This document shows positions 46,807 through 58,073 of a DNA stretch of 64,000 nucleotides, one piece after another. Source of the stretch: Pristiophorus japonicus (lineage: Eukaryota); the NCBI RefSeq assembly GCF_044704955.1, contig NC_091980.1:78554001-78618000 (forward strand), in the 5' to 3' direction. The position numbers were made by a program, and so were the translations under genes. Position 1 is the first letter of the stretch; every line of letters begins with the position of its first letter. The notes beneath the pieces are model-generated. The model was given only the letters and a program-made list of their open reading frames with translations. It ran no database searches and had not been told where the DNA came from.

Positions 46807-48117
46807 TGTAACGTTCTGCAAAACCAACCACGGAGACATGTGGCAGGGAGAATGGGAAGATGCCATGTTTAAAATGACCAGCTGCAGCCTACAGCCTGTA
46901 AACCGCGGAGTATGATGGGACTCTGGCCACCCTGTACAGTAACAGACAGTGTTGCAGGGGCACGGAACTGGACGGGGGATGAGCCAGCTACCATAAGGGG
47001 GAAGAGTGTATATTCGGTTCTTCCAGGAAAATGGATACAAGGCAACTTTATATTTTAAAAGGACATTTCTCCAGCTTTTCATGTAAAACCCTCACAGAAG
47101 AGTCAACATGTCCAGGCAAAATCTCCCCAGTAATACACAAGACAACACAAAGGATATCAGTTTGAATAATTAAACAAAGGCCCACAGGTCTGATGCAATC
47201 ATTTTGGACAGCCCAGGCAGAGAGGTACCTCTATCGAGATAGTGAACAATCATCTTCAATCACTCCATCAGCGAGCGACAGGATACAGGAGGTGTGGCTA
47301 ATCTCTCATTCCAGACAGATCGATACACATCAAACTGCCATTCACACCCCATTTTATTCAAGGAAGACCCAAGACAATGGCATGCAGTTTTGGCGCGAAG
47401 ATGAACGGACTATAAGAAAAAGCTGCAAAAACACACAAAGAGGTTTTTGGGAGTTGGAAGTTGGAGGTTGGAGGTTGGAGTCAGCTTTTGCATTGAGTTG
47501 TAGAGTTGAGTTAAGAAAGTGAGAGTCAGTTTTCGTTGTGGTTGAGTTGAGTTAAAGGGGAGTTGAGTCAGCTTTTCACAGGGCCCTCGCTCTGGGGAAG
47601 GTGTGCTTAACTCCAGCAGCTTTTTGCTTAGGAGCCAACCGAGAGGCAAATAGAAGAAACCGACGCAACATCGGGGAGGAAAACCGACCGACCAACAACG
47701 TAAAACCCACCCCAGAGGGACCCCGAGCTGAAATAAGTGCTACAGAACCCCGGAGTTGATAGGATTGTGAGTATAGCCTAAACCCCCTCACAGACTCAAT
47801 TTAGGATAGGAATTGGTAAGAAGGGTGGAAGTGGGAGGTGTGGTTGTGTGTGAGTGGAATGTTTCAAACTCTTATCTTCCCCTTCCCTGTTGCGAGAATT
47901 TTTCGTGTTATTGAGCAAGATTGTGCCATTGCTGCTATTTACAACCTCTTCCTATGCCCTCTATCTTTGTGTTTACTATTCTAAATCAACAACATTAGCC
48001 ATTTTGCACTCTTACCCGTTGTGTCTGGTGCCTTGTTACTCACCCATCCTCATAAATCGCACATACAGAACCTCAGGGGAGTGTGGATTCGAACCTACAC
48101 CCCAAGCTCCCCTTACA
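46807..48117 (+). repeat. 1.31-kb solo-LTR-like element, copy 2
   Basis: About 7 differences from copy 1 (counted by eye); identical junctions. Confidence 0.8.
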
Positions 48118-48578
48118 ATACACACAGTGCGGTGTAATGTGTGTGTGTTCACAATGCGGGGTAATGTGTGTGTTCACACATTGCGGGGTAATGTGTGCGT
48201 GTTCGCACAGTACGGGGTGATGTGTGTATTCACATAGTGCGGGGTAATGTGTGTGTGTTCACACAGGGTGGAGTAATGTGTGTGTGTTCACAGTGCGGGG
48301 TAATGTGTGTGTTCAACACAATGCGGGATAATATGTATGTTCACACAGTACGGGATAATGTGTGTGTGGTCACACAGTGAGGGGTAATGTGTGTGTGGTC
48401 ACACAGTGAGGGGTAATGTGTGTGTGGTCACAGTGTGGGATAATGTGTGTATTCATAGTGTGGGCAAATGTGTGTGTTCACACAGTGCATGTAATGTGTG
48501 TGTTCACACAGTGTGGGATAATGTGTCTGTGTTCACACAGTGCGGGGTAATGTGTGTGTTCACACAGTGTGGAGTAAT

Positions 48579-49145
48579 AGAAACATAGAAACATAGAAAA
48601 TAGGTGCAGGAGCAGGCCATTCAGCCCTTCTAGCCTGCACCGCCATTCAATGCGTTCATGGCTGAACATGAAACTTCAGTACCCACTCCCTGCTTTCTCG
48701 CCATACCCCTTGATCCCCCGAGTAGTAAGGACTTCATCTAACTCCCTTTTGAATATATTTAGTGAATTGGCCTCAACTACTTTCTGTGGTAGAGAATTCC
48801 ACAGGTTCACCACTCTCTGGGTGAAGAAGTTTCTCCTCATCTCGGTCCTAAATGGCTTACCCCTTATCCTTAGACTGTGACCTCTGGTTCTGGACTTCCC
48901 CAACATTGGGAACATTCTTCCTGCATCTAACCTGTCTAAACCCGTCAGAATTTTAAACATATTTATGAGGTCCCCTCTCATTCTTCTGAACTCCAGTGAA
49001 TACAAGCCCAGTTGATCCATCTTTCTTGATAGGTCAGTCCCACCATCCCGGGAATCAGTCTGGTGAATCTTCGCTGCACTCCCTCAATAGCAAGAATGTC
49101 CTTCCTCAAGTTAGGAGACCAAAACTGTACACAATACTCCAGGTG
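48579..49145 (-). mobile_element. 5'-truncated CR1 in the satellite
   Basis: ORFs 48676-49020 and 48978-49253; (AGAAACAT)n tail. Confidence 0.93.
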
Positions 49146-49711
49146 CGAGGTAATGTGTGTGTGTTCACACAGTGCGGAGTAATGTGTGTGTTCACACAGT
49201 GCGGGGTAATGGGTGTGTTCACACAGTGTGGAGTAATGTGTCTGTGTTTGCACAGTGTGAGGTGATGTGTGTGTTCACACAGTGTGGGGTAATGTGTGTG
49301 TGTTCACACAGTGCCGGGTAATGTGTGTCTGTTCAAACAATGCGGGGTAATGTGTGTGTGTTAACACATTGTGGAGTAATGTGTGTGTGTTCACACAGTG
49401 CCGGGTAATGTGTGTCTGTTCAAACAATGCGGGGTAATGTGTGTGTGTTCACACAGTGCGGGGTAATGTGTGTGTGTTCACACAGTGCGGGGTAATGTGT
49501 GTCTGTTCAAACACTGCGGGGTAATGTGTGTGTGTTCACACAGTGTGGGGTAATGTGTGTGTTCACACAGTGCGGGCTAGAGTGTGTGTGGTCACAGTGT
49601 GGGATAATGTGTGTATTCACAGTGTGGGCAAATGTGCGTGTTCAAACAGTGCGCAGTGATCTGTGTGTTCAGAGTGGGGGTAACGTGTGTGTGTTCACAC
49701 AGTGCAGGGTA

Positions 49712-49806
49712 ATCAGCCATGATCTTGTTGAATGGCGGTGCAGGCTCGAAGGGCTGAATGGCCTACTCCTGCACCTATTTTCTATGTTTCTATGTTTCTA
49801 TGTTTC
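49712..49806 (+). mobile_element. CR1 3' UTR/tail only, marking the right edge of the satellite
   Basis: CAGCCATGATCTTGTTGAATGGCGG…(TTTCTATG)3. Confidence 0.88.
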
Positions 49807-50197
49807 AATTCGTCCTTGCCAGATCAGTATATCTTTACCATACATCAGCCCAGGCCACTTCTTTCACATATTCCACCTTCTCCTCTTCTTCCTCCAAGGG
49901 TGCAGGGTCACCTTCCACCTCTTTTGGCTACACAGATTCCAATCTTGTAATGTTGATGTTGTGCAGAACGCGGCAGGCATAACTGATCTTTGAGTCTCTG
50001 TCAGGGCTGTAGAGCAGGGCCCAATCTAGTCTGACCATTCAATGAAAACGCTGTTTCAACATTACGATGGTATGGAAAAAGTAAAAAGTAATACTTGTTT
50101 CCGATACACCTACACTTCTTCCTCATTTGCAGCCAGGTATGATGGACCTGGGTAACTGCATTAACTTGGTCAGCAATCTTTCTCCATGCAGCTATTC

Positions 50198-51508
50198 ATC
50201 TGGATTTCAAGCTCATTTGCGCCTAGCTTACCGCCTGAGCGGCAGATTCGGCTGTTGGTTCGCTCCTGTGCAAACCACCCCGCCCTCCGTTTTTAGCGTG
50301 ATGATGACGTCAATCGTCATGTAACGCTGTGCTAACGCCCTAGCTTGAACACTTGGCTTTAGCGCCTCATTTAACGCCCGCCCCAGGAAACACCTGACAA
50401 AACCAGGTGGTCCCAAGGTGTGGAGGACAGTATTGGCAGCATTTTTAAATGGAGGGTTGAGGATCCTATGTCACAGGTCATATTGACTACAACGATTGTG
50501 CACATAATGCTGTGTGAAGTTCCAACTTACAAACTTCACTCTTGTCTGCCATTGGTGCCCTTATAACTTCAGTGAGCGAATTTAATGGGGGCATTACTAG
50601 TTCGCCAGCATATCATGCTCCATGCTATTGCCAGGCGGTGTCAAGCTCGCGGAAGGAGTCTTGGCCATGGATGATGAGAGGCTGAAGACATCCGGGGAGG
50701 AGGGCTTACTCCATACGGCATAACAGGCACCAACGCCCACACTTCCAGCTCTCTGACGAGCAGTGTGTGAGAAGGCTGCGCTTCTGAAAGGAAGTGCTGA
50801 CAGAGATATGCCATCTTCTACAGGCAGACCCATGACTGCACCGCTCTGGAGGCAGCCTTCAATACTCCCCTCAGCAGGTTTCCAAATTCACTGTGGTGTG
50901 CTGCATATGGCACAGCTTGGCCATCATGAGGGGCCAGGCATTGCCAGTGGGGATTGCAGGCCCACCTCAGGAGGAGGAGGACGACGAAGAGGAGCCTGGC
51001 AAGGCCCCCATTGGATAGCCACCTCATCCATGTGGGAGGCAGCATGGAGATGCTGCCAGACCAACACTCACCCATCGCCAACTCGTAATGGACCGGCTCT
51101 CCTAAATAGAGGAGTCTGAGGGATGGAGCTAATACTGGACACGCTATGTGCCCCCATAAAGGCACATCTCCGGTGAACGTTGGAATGATGCACAAGACAC
51201 CAATGGCAAATAATGAGTCATAAATTTTACTGCAACAAAGTCACAAAAATACACCTACCAAAATAAAACCATATAATATAGAACGTTATGTTGCAGGGCA
51301 CTAAACAACAATGAAACTTCTTTACCGCCACAAGTTTTGATTCGGGCAGACAAAGTCCATTGTGTAATGCCTGACTTAACGCCAACGCTCCTCCAACTTA
51401 CATTTTCAGCTAAACTTGCAGTCAGAGGTGCAAACTATTTTGAGGCACTAATGTTAACGCCCCACCATGATTAACGCCCCAAAATCCAAAACGTCCAAAA
51501 TCCAGCCC
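50198..51508 (+). mobile_element. Internally deleted Harbinger relic
   Basis: Transposase N-terminal and C-terminal remnants (RLRF*KEVLTEICHLLQA; CLDRSGG-like; acidic tail); right TIR AAAATCCAGCCC; left end approximate. Confidence 0.6.
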
Positions 51509-51637
51509 ATTTTCTATACTTTTACTGGCAGGAGGGTCATTCTTCTTTGATGCACCTCCACCAGAGGGACATCCAAATCTTCAACATAAAAGGGAGCGGT
51601 GTCACCCACAGGTCTCCATTCTGCTATTGCTTTTTAA

Positions 51638-52290
51638 AATTCATTCATGGGGTGTGGGCATCGCTGGCAAGGCCAGCATTTATTGCCCATCCATAAATGC
51701 CCTTGAGAAGGTGTTGGTGAACCGCCATCTTGAATCGCTACAGTTTTTGAGGTGGAGGTAGTTCCACCGTGGTGTTAGGGAGGGAGTTTCAGGAATTGAC
51801 CCCATTGACAATGAAGGAACGGTGATATATTTCCAAATATGGTATGTGACTTGGAGGGGATATTGAAGGTGGGTGGCGTTCTTGCCAAATGCCTGCCCAA
51901 TTCCCTTTTAAAATTACTTATGTGATCAAACTTCATCACCTCCTTGCGAAATCCACTCCAATCATTCACCACCCACAGTATGAAATATCTGATCTGTCCA
52001 TTTACCCCACCCTTTCTGAGATTTATCACAGACCCCTTCATTGTCAATCTTGGGGCCATGGTAGCTATTTGTCGGAATTAAAACTGTTCATCACTTTCAG
52101 GATCTTGATTCCTTCTCTCTTTGTAATTTGGATGCCTGATGCCAGCTATCAGATGGTTAATCTTTTCCAGTGCCACAACCTCGTTCCTGTAATACGGCAA
52201 CTATAACCCAAACAGTGCTCTAAATTCAGATGACCCAATGCCTTGAATAGGTTCAGTATTGATCCTGTTATTTGTGTTCTATTCCGTACT
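51638..52290 (-). mobile_element. LINE tail fragment (51638-51900) plus decayed CR1 fragment (51900-52290)
   Basis: Tail matches the reverse complement of 33520-33580; FKRELGRHL and HLNLEHC remnants. Confidence 0.6.
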
Positions 52291-52297
52291 CTATACA

Positions 52298-54209
52298 AAA
52301 ACAACAACAACTTATATTTATATAGCAGCGTTAACATAATAAAACTTCCCAAGGCACTTCACATAAGAACATAAGAGCATAAGAAATAGGAACAGGAGTG
52401 GGCATTGTGGCCCCTCGAGCCTGCTCCGCCATTTAATACGATCATGGCTGATCCGATCATGGACTCAGGTCCACTTCCTGACCCGCTCCCCATAACCCCT
52501 ATTCTCTTATCATTTAAGAAACTGTCTATTTGTGTCTTAAATTTATTTAATGTCCCAGCTTCCACAGCTCTCTGAGACAGCGAATTCCACAGATTTACAA
52601 CCCTCTGAGAGAAGAAATTTCTCCTCATCTCAGTTTTAAATGGGTGGCCCCTTATTCTAAGATTATGCCCTCTAGTTCTAGTCTCCCCAATCAATGGAAA
52701 CATCCTCTCTGCATCCACCTTGTCAAGCCCCCTCATAATCTTATAAGTTTCAATAAGATCACCTCTTATTCTTCTGAATTCCAATGAGTAGAGGCCCAAC
52801 CTACTCAACCTTTCCTCAGAAGTCAACCCCCTCATCTCCGAAATCAACCTAGTGAAACTTCTCTGAACTGCTTCCAAAGCAAGTATATTATTTCGTAAGT
52901 ATGGAAACCAAAACTGCATGCAGTATTCCAGGTGTGGCCTCACCAATACCCTGTATAACTGTAGCAAGACTTCGATGCTTTTATACTCCATCCCCTTTGC
53001 AATAAAGGCCAAGATTCCATTGGCCTTCCTGATCACTTGCTGTACTTGCATATTATCCTTTTATGTTTCATGCACAAGAACCCCCAGGTCTCACTGTACT
53101 GCGGCACTTTGCAATCTTTCTCCATTTAAATAATAACTTGCTCTTTGATTTTTTTCTGCCAAAGTGCATAACCTCACACTTTCCAACATTATACTCCATC
53201 TGCCAAATTTTTGCCCACTCACTTAACCTGTCTATGTCCTTTTGCAGATTTTTTGTGTCCTCCTCAAACATTGCTTTTCCTCCCATCTTTGTATCATCGG
53301 GAAACTTGGCTACGTTACACTCAGTCCCTTCTTCTAAGTCGTTAATATAGATTGTTAGTAGTTGGGGTCCCAGCACTGATCCCTGCGGCACCCCACGAGA
53401 TACTGATTGTCAATCAGAGAATGAACCATTTATCCCGATGCTCTGTTTTCTGTTAGTTAGCCAATCCTCTATTCACAGGTGTGTTATCAAAAAAAAATTG
53501 ACACCGAGACGTATCAGGAGATATGAAGGCAAATTACGATAAGCTTGGCCGAAGAGATAGATTTTAAATGGTGTCATATAGGAAGAAAGAGAAGTGGAGA
53601 GGTGGAGAGATTAAAGGAGGGAATTCCAGAGCTTAGGACCTAGGCAGCTGAAGGCACAGCCGCCAATGGTGAAACATTTAAAATCGGGGATGTTCAAGAG
53701 GCCAGAATAGGTGGAGCGCAGATGTCTCGGGGAATTATTGGGTTGGAGGAGATTACAGAGATAAGGAAGGGCAAGCCCATGGAGGGATTTGAAAACAAAG
53801 ATGAGAATTTTAAAATCGAGGCATTGCTTAACTGGGAGCCAATATAGGTCAGTAAACACAGGGGAGATGGTGAGCGGGACGCAGTGTGAGTTAGCATGAG
53901 TGTGGCAGAGTTTTGAATGACCTCAAGTTTTTGGAGAGTAGCTGGCCAGAAGTGCATTGGAATAGTCAAGTCTAGAGGTGATAAAGGAACGGGTGAAGGT
54001 TTCAACAGCAGATAAGTTGGGGTAAGAGTGGAGATGGGCGATATTATGAAGGTAGAAATGAGCAGTCTTAGTGATAGAACAGATGTGAGGTAGGAAACTC
54101 AATTCTCGATCAAATATGACACCGAGTGTGAACAGACTTGGTCAGCCTTAGACAGAAAGATCAAATCAGTGGAAAGGGAATGGAGTTTGTGGCGTAAAGC
54201 GAAGACAAT
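52298..54209 (-). mobile_element. L2 LINE 3' portion interrupted by a CR1
   Basis: ORFs 53611-53859 (LYWLPVKQCLDFKIL…PKLWNSL) and 53694-54005 (KLEVIQNSA); tail TATATAAATATAAGTTGTTGTTG. Confidence 0.85.
52363..53471 (-). mobile_element. 5'-truncated CR1
   Basis: ORFs 53068-53391 (PQGSVLGP) and 52359-53051; TTCACA on both flanks. Confidence 0.93.
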
Positions 54210-56396
54210 GGTGTGGAATTTTCTGGGGGCCATGAGGACGGGATTGGAGGCAGGTCAGGTGGGAACTTTGAAATATCTTGCAGTGAGTCGGGAACGCGCT
54301 GTCATCCCTCAGCCATGTTTGCCAGCACGGCAGCGATCCGAACAGCAGAAGCACATTAGCTAATTTAAACCATCAGACCCTTTGTCAGACCCTTAAGCGC
54401 CTTTTTCACCCTACCTTTCAAATTTTCCTGGCTGAGCACAGGAGTCATGCAGCTCGGGAACCACGTCTGTGAACCTGAGGCGGAAGTTGAGTAGCCATGA
54501 TACAGCTCATTGGTGCACAGCATAAAAAGTACAGCTGCTCACTTTCATCGGATAGATGCTGTGGCTGACTGCATTGCCAGCACAGATTTAGCTTTCTAGA
54601 TGTTACAAGTGTTTCCAGCAACATCGCCATCCAGTGTCACCTCATTAGTACAACCTATCTCACCATTGGCAGATTGCTTCCGTCATCTCTACTTGACCTG
54701 CCATCTATTCCATCGGCATTGATGCAGTTTATACTGTCTCACCTTGGTCTTCAGAATGGGACCACGATGAGCCCCAACACAAGCAGCACCAGCAATACCA
54801 ACAACAACATCACCAACTTTCTCCTCAACCATTGGATGTGGCACAGAACAGAGGACTGCACCATGCTGGAGGCAATACCCCTAACACCGAGTATACAGGC
54901 AGAAGATGCTTTTTTTAATACTTTCATGAAATGTGGGCATCGCTGGAAAGGCAAGCATTTATTGTCCATCCCTAATTGCCCTTGAGAAGTTGGTGGTGAG
55001 CCACATTCTTGATAACTGAATGGCTTGCTAGGCCATTTCAGAGGGCAGTTAAAAGTCAACCACATTGCTGTGGGTCTGGAGTCGCACGTAGGCCAGACCG
55101 GCCAGACCTCAAAATGATGGAGCAGCAGTGCCAAAGGAGGCTCAGGCTATCATGCCAGGTTGTCGCAGACATTTGAAGATTACTGGAGGAAGACCTGCAG
55201 CCCAGAGGAATGGGTGGACACACCTTACCAGTGGCTGTCCAAGTCACCGGCGCCCTCAAGTTCTTTGCCTCAGGCTCCTTCCAGGAATCTGCATCAGACA
55301 TTTGCGGCATCTTGCAGTTGGCCACCCACAGATGCATCACACAGGTCACTGATGCCATGTTTCACAAGTCAGCCAATTATATCAAATTTGCCACTGATGG
55401 AGCCAGTGTTACTGAGCGGGCGCTCGAATTTGCCGCTCTGGCTGGCTTCCCACGGGTGCAGGGCATCATCGACTGCACACAAGTGGCCATCAGGGCACCT
55501 CATCATCACCCAGGAGTGTTTATCAACTGCAAGGGCTTCCACTCCCTCAATGTGCAGTTGGTCTGCAACCATAAAAAGATCATCATCCATGTGTGCGTCA
55601 AACTCCCTGGTAGCTGCCATGACTCTCTCGTCCTGAGCCAGTCCACCCTCCTTCAGCTCTTCACTCCTCCAAACAGACTTACTGGCTGGTTGCTTGGAGA
55701 CAAGGGCTATCCACTGAAGACATGGCTCATGACACACTTGAGGAGGCCAAGTACTGAGGCCCAGGAGAGATATAATGAAAGTCACATGTCCACCGGATAT
55801 GTCATAGAGCAGACAATAGGCATGCTGAAAATGCACTTCAGGTGCCTTGACAGATCTGGAGGAGCCCTTCAGTACACACCAGCCAGGGTCTCCAAAATTA
55901 TCATGGTCTACTGCACCCTGCACATAGCACTGCAGATAGGATTAGCACTGCATGAGGAGCAAAGCACTGAGAGCTCAGCCTTTACAGAAACATTTAATAA
56001 AACATGCAAGTAGCTACCCTTGTGAATCTACTTGTGTTTCATCTTTCTCTTATGAATGCTTTTATGAGTTGCTACCCCTGTGGCTTCAGCAGACATAGAG
56101 GCAGCCTGCTCACTTCCCTGCTGTGACTGAACATACCCTTTTGGCAGACGTCCTCTGGGTTTTGGAGCCTGTAATGGCCCTGCCAAAATCTGCTCCTCGG
56201 CAGTGGGGGTGGCAATGGGGGAGAAGTGTGAATGCATTGAGAGCAGCCCCCATTTCCATGACCCCTCTCACCATCATTACTCTCATGGGCCACCCACAGT
56301 TCTCTGCTAGCAAGGAGCTGGAGAGCACATTGCTGCACAGCAGTGGGGACATGAGAACCCAATTCTATTTTTGACGTCCTTCCAGGAGAGGATGTC
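54210..56396 (+). mobile_element. PIF/Harbinger transposon: transposase (+) and 3' end of Myb/SANT gene (-); truncated by the ERV
   Basis: TIR-like GGTGTGGAATTTT; transposase ORF; 56030-56360 resembles 18230-18580; LINE-tail insert at ~54915-55108. Confidence 0.82.
55210..56013 (+). pseudogene. HARBI1-like DDE transposase, 267-aa open core (N-terminus disrupted)
   Basis: [61 protein letters not shown]. Confidence 0.92.
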
Positions 56397-56892
56397 TGAT
56401 GTAGAACCAAAATAAGGCTCAACACACAAGTCTGATAAAGAATCAAAAATAATGTTTATTTCTGAATACCTATAGCTTGGCCAAGGGAGCATGGCTAGAG
56501 TTTCCACAACGTTAGTGCCACCTCAACTTTTGGCTGCCAGCTTATAGCATTTAAAGCCAAAAACTGCAGTCCATGTGCATCACAAGTTTCATGAACAGAC
56601 CACAATATCCTCCGTGACATTTAGGAAATGTGTCTAGGCTCAACTGCATGGCATCTATTCTTAATATCAGCATCCTATTATTCTGTCTAGCTCTGCTAAG
56701 CTTGCTACCACATCCACTTGCAGGTGGCCTGCCATCTGATTGCTCTAGCTTAGTTGTTGCTGGGCAAATGCAACTTGACATCTGGTTTTTACCCAGCCTG
56801 CACCTACAATACTGGCTTGTCCATATTCTAAACAAATTTCCCAGACTGCAACACTATATCACTACAGTGGGCTTCTAAAAAGTCCCACTTCA
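56397..56892 (-). repeat. 3' LTR of the ERV (distal boundary uncertain: 56397 or 56372)
   Basis: TGAAGT directly after the PPT; minus-strand TATAAG at ~56547 and AATAAA at 56455-56460; ends …ACATCA. Confidence 0.65.
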
Positions 56893-57026
56893 ATCCCCCC
56901 TTTGGTCTCTGGCTAACCCCAGCCAATGAGACCACTAGAGCTAAGTTGTCTAATGCTTTAGACTTCCCGCCCCACTTGCAGTGATATCTGCCGGCAAGTT
57001 TGGGAGGTCTATTGCTTAACTGGGGT

Positions 57027-58035
57027 TTAAATTCCCCCATGCATCAACAGTCGATCTTTCTCTTGCATACGAGTGATTGCTTCAGCTTGCTGCCTATGTC
57101 TATGCTTCCTACAAGCAGCACATGTCATTATCAGCCAACACAGTGCCAAAATCAGTTGAACTGCCACCAATATGTGAGAAATGATATCTATCCATGGATG
57201 GATATTAATGTTCAATCCCCAGTTCCATGCCTTCTCATATCAGGGGGTACGCTGAAGGTCTTTTGCAATGTCCTTGCCCAGTTCGCACAGCTCCTGTTTG
57301 AGCACGTGATACCGTTTTATGCTAGCCAGCAGAGCATCCTTTATATCTCTCAGGTTCTCGTGCAGGTGGGGTATTGGTGCAGCCAGCTCACTTTCATATT
57401 GGGACACATCTTGTTTAATTTCGTCAGTCAGGTTTAGGGTAATGGTTTCTCGAGCATGGATATACGTCATTTGTGCTCGTCCAATTGTTACCTGTAGCCT
57501 CGGGGTGAAGCAGAAGTTGGGGTTAGTGATGTTACATTTATAAATACCATAGTCATAAGTTGGATTGTTGGTAACCACACAGTATTCCCCCTTTCTGTGG
57601 TAGGCTGAGTGGGTGTGTTCGGATTCTGATGGGCTTATTTCTAAGACACACCCAATGGTTTGATTAAATCCACATCCATCCTTACTTCCCCAGCCTACTG
57701 GATGTGGACATATAGTTAGGCTTCCTATCCTCTGGCACCCTGATAATGAGACTCCTCTCATGGTTCCGTTCCACTTGATCGCATATTGATCCATTGGGCA
57801 GTACCGCATGTAGTTCTCACCCCAGATTAGCCCCAGGTTTTCTACCTCAAACTGGGGGTGTGGTCCAGCCTCCATTTCCAACTTGAGTTTTTTGATAGTC
57901 TGGGTCTTCAAAATTCGGGTGTAACTCATCACCTTCAGCCCCATGATTTGAATTCTGGCTGATCATCCGGCCCCGTGCTGCTTGCCACAGGGGCAAGTGC
58001 CAAAGTATAATAAGTATCGCGATTTTCCAGTCCAT
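57027..58035 (-). pseudogene. env: env glycoprotein, F-protein-like, internally deleted
   Basis: Signal peptide MDWKIAILIILWHLPLWQAARG; Cys-rich ectodomain; heptad region; in-frame TGA at 57240; Trp-rich segment, TM helix and basic tail; splice acceptor TTTTACAG just before the ATG. Confidence 0.82.
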
Positions 58036-58073
58036 TCTGTAAAATCAAACTTCCCCCTAGATGGGGTATTCTG

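Larger units (their letters stand above)
39689..49713 (+). repeat. 27-bp satellite (GTGTGTGTTCACACAGTGCGGGGTAAT)n in five blocks, ~5.4 kb, roughly 200 units
   Basis: Blocks 39689-41705, 43184-44037, 45349-46806, 48118-48578 and 49144-49713; unit length varies by +/-2 through GT/CA slippage. Confidence 0.97.

Noticed and set aside
44038-48117. Intact LTR element that captured satellite as its internal region
   Set aside because: No PBS or PPT, and both LTRs share identical left and right junctions, which fits tandem duplication better.
39689-49713. Cys/His-rich ORFs (VMCVFTQCG, HTHYPALCE, NTHITPHCV repeats) as zinc-finger or metallothionein-like genes
   Set aside because: They are translations of a 27-bp (9-codon) satellite, open in several frames on both strands and repeatedly frameshifted by 2-bp slippage.
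55210-56013. Host HARBI1 gene
   Set aside because: The N-terminus is disrupted by a LINE-tail insertion, a Myb relic and TIR-like end flank it, and paralogous relics occur in the window. It is a transposon copy.
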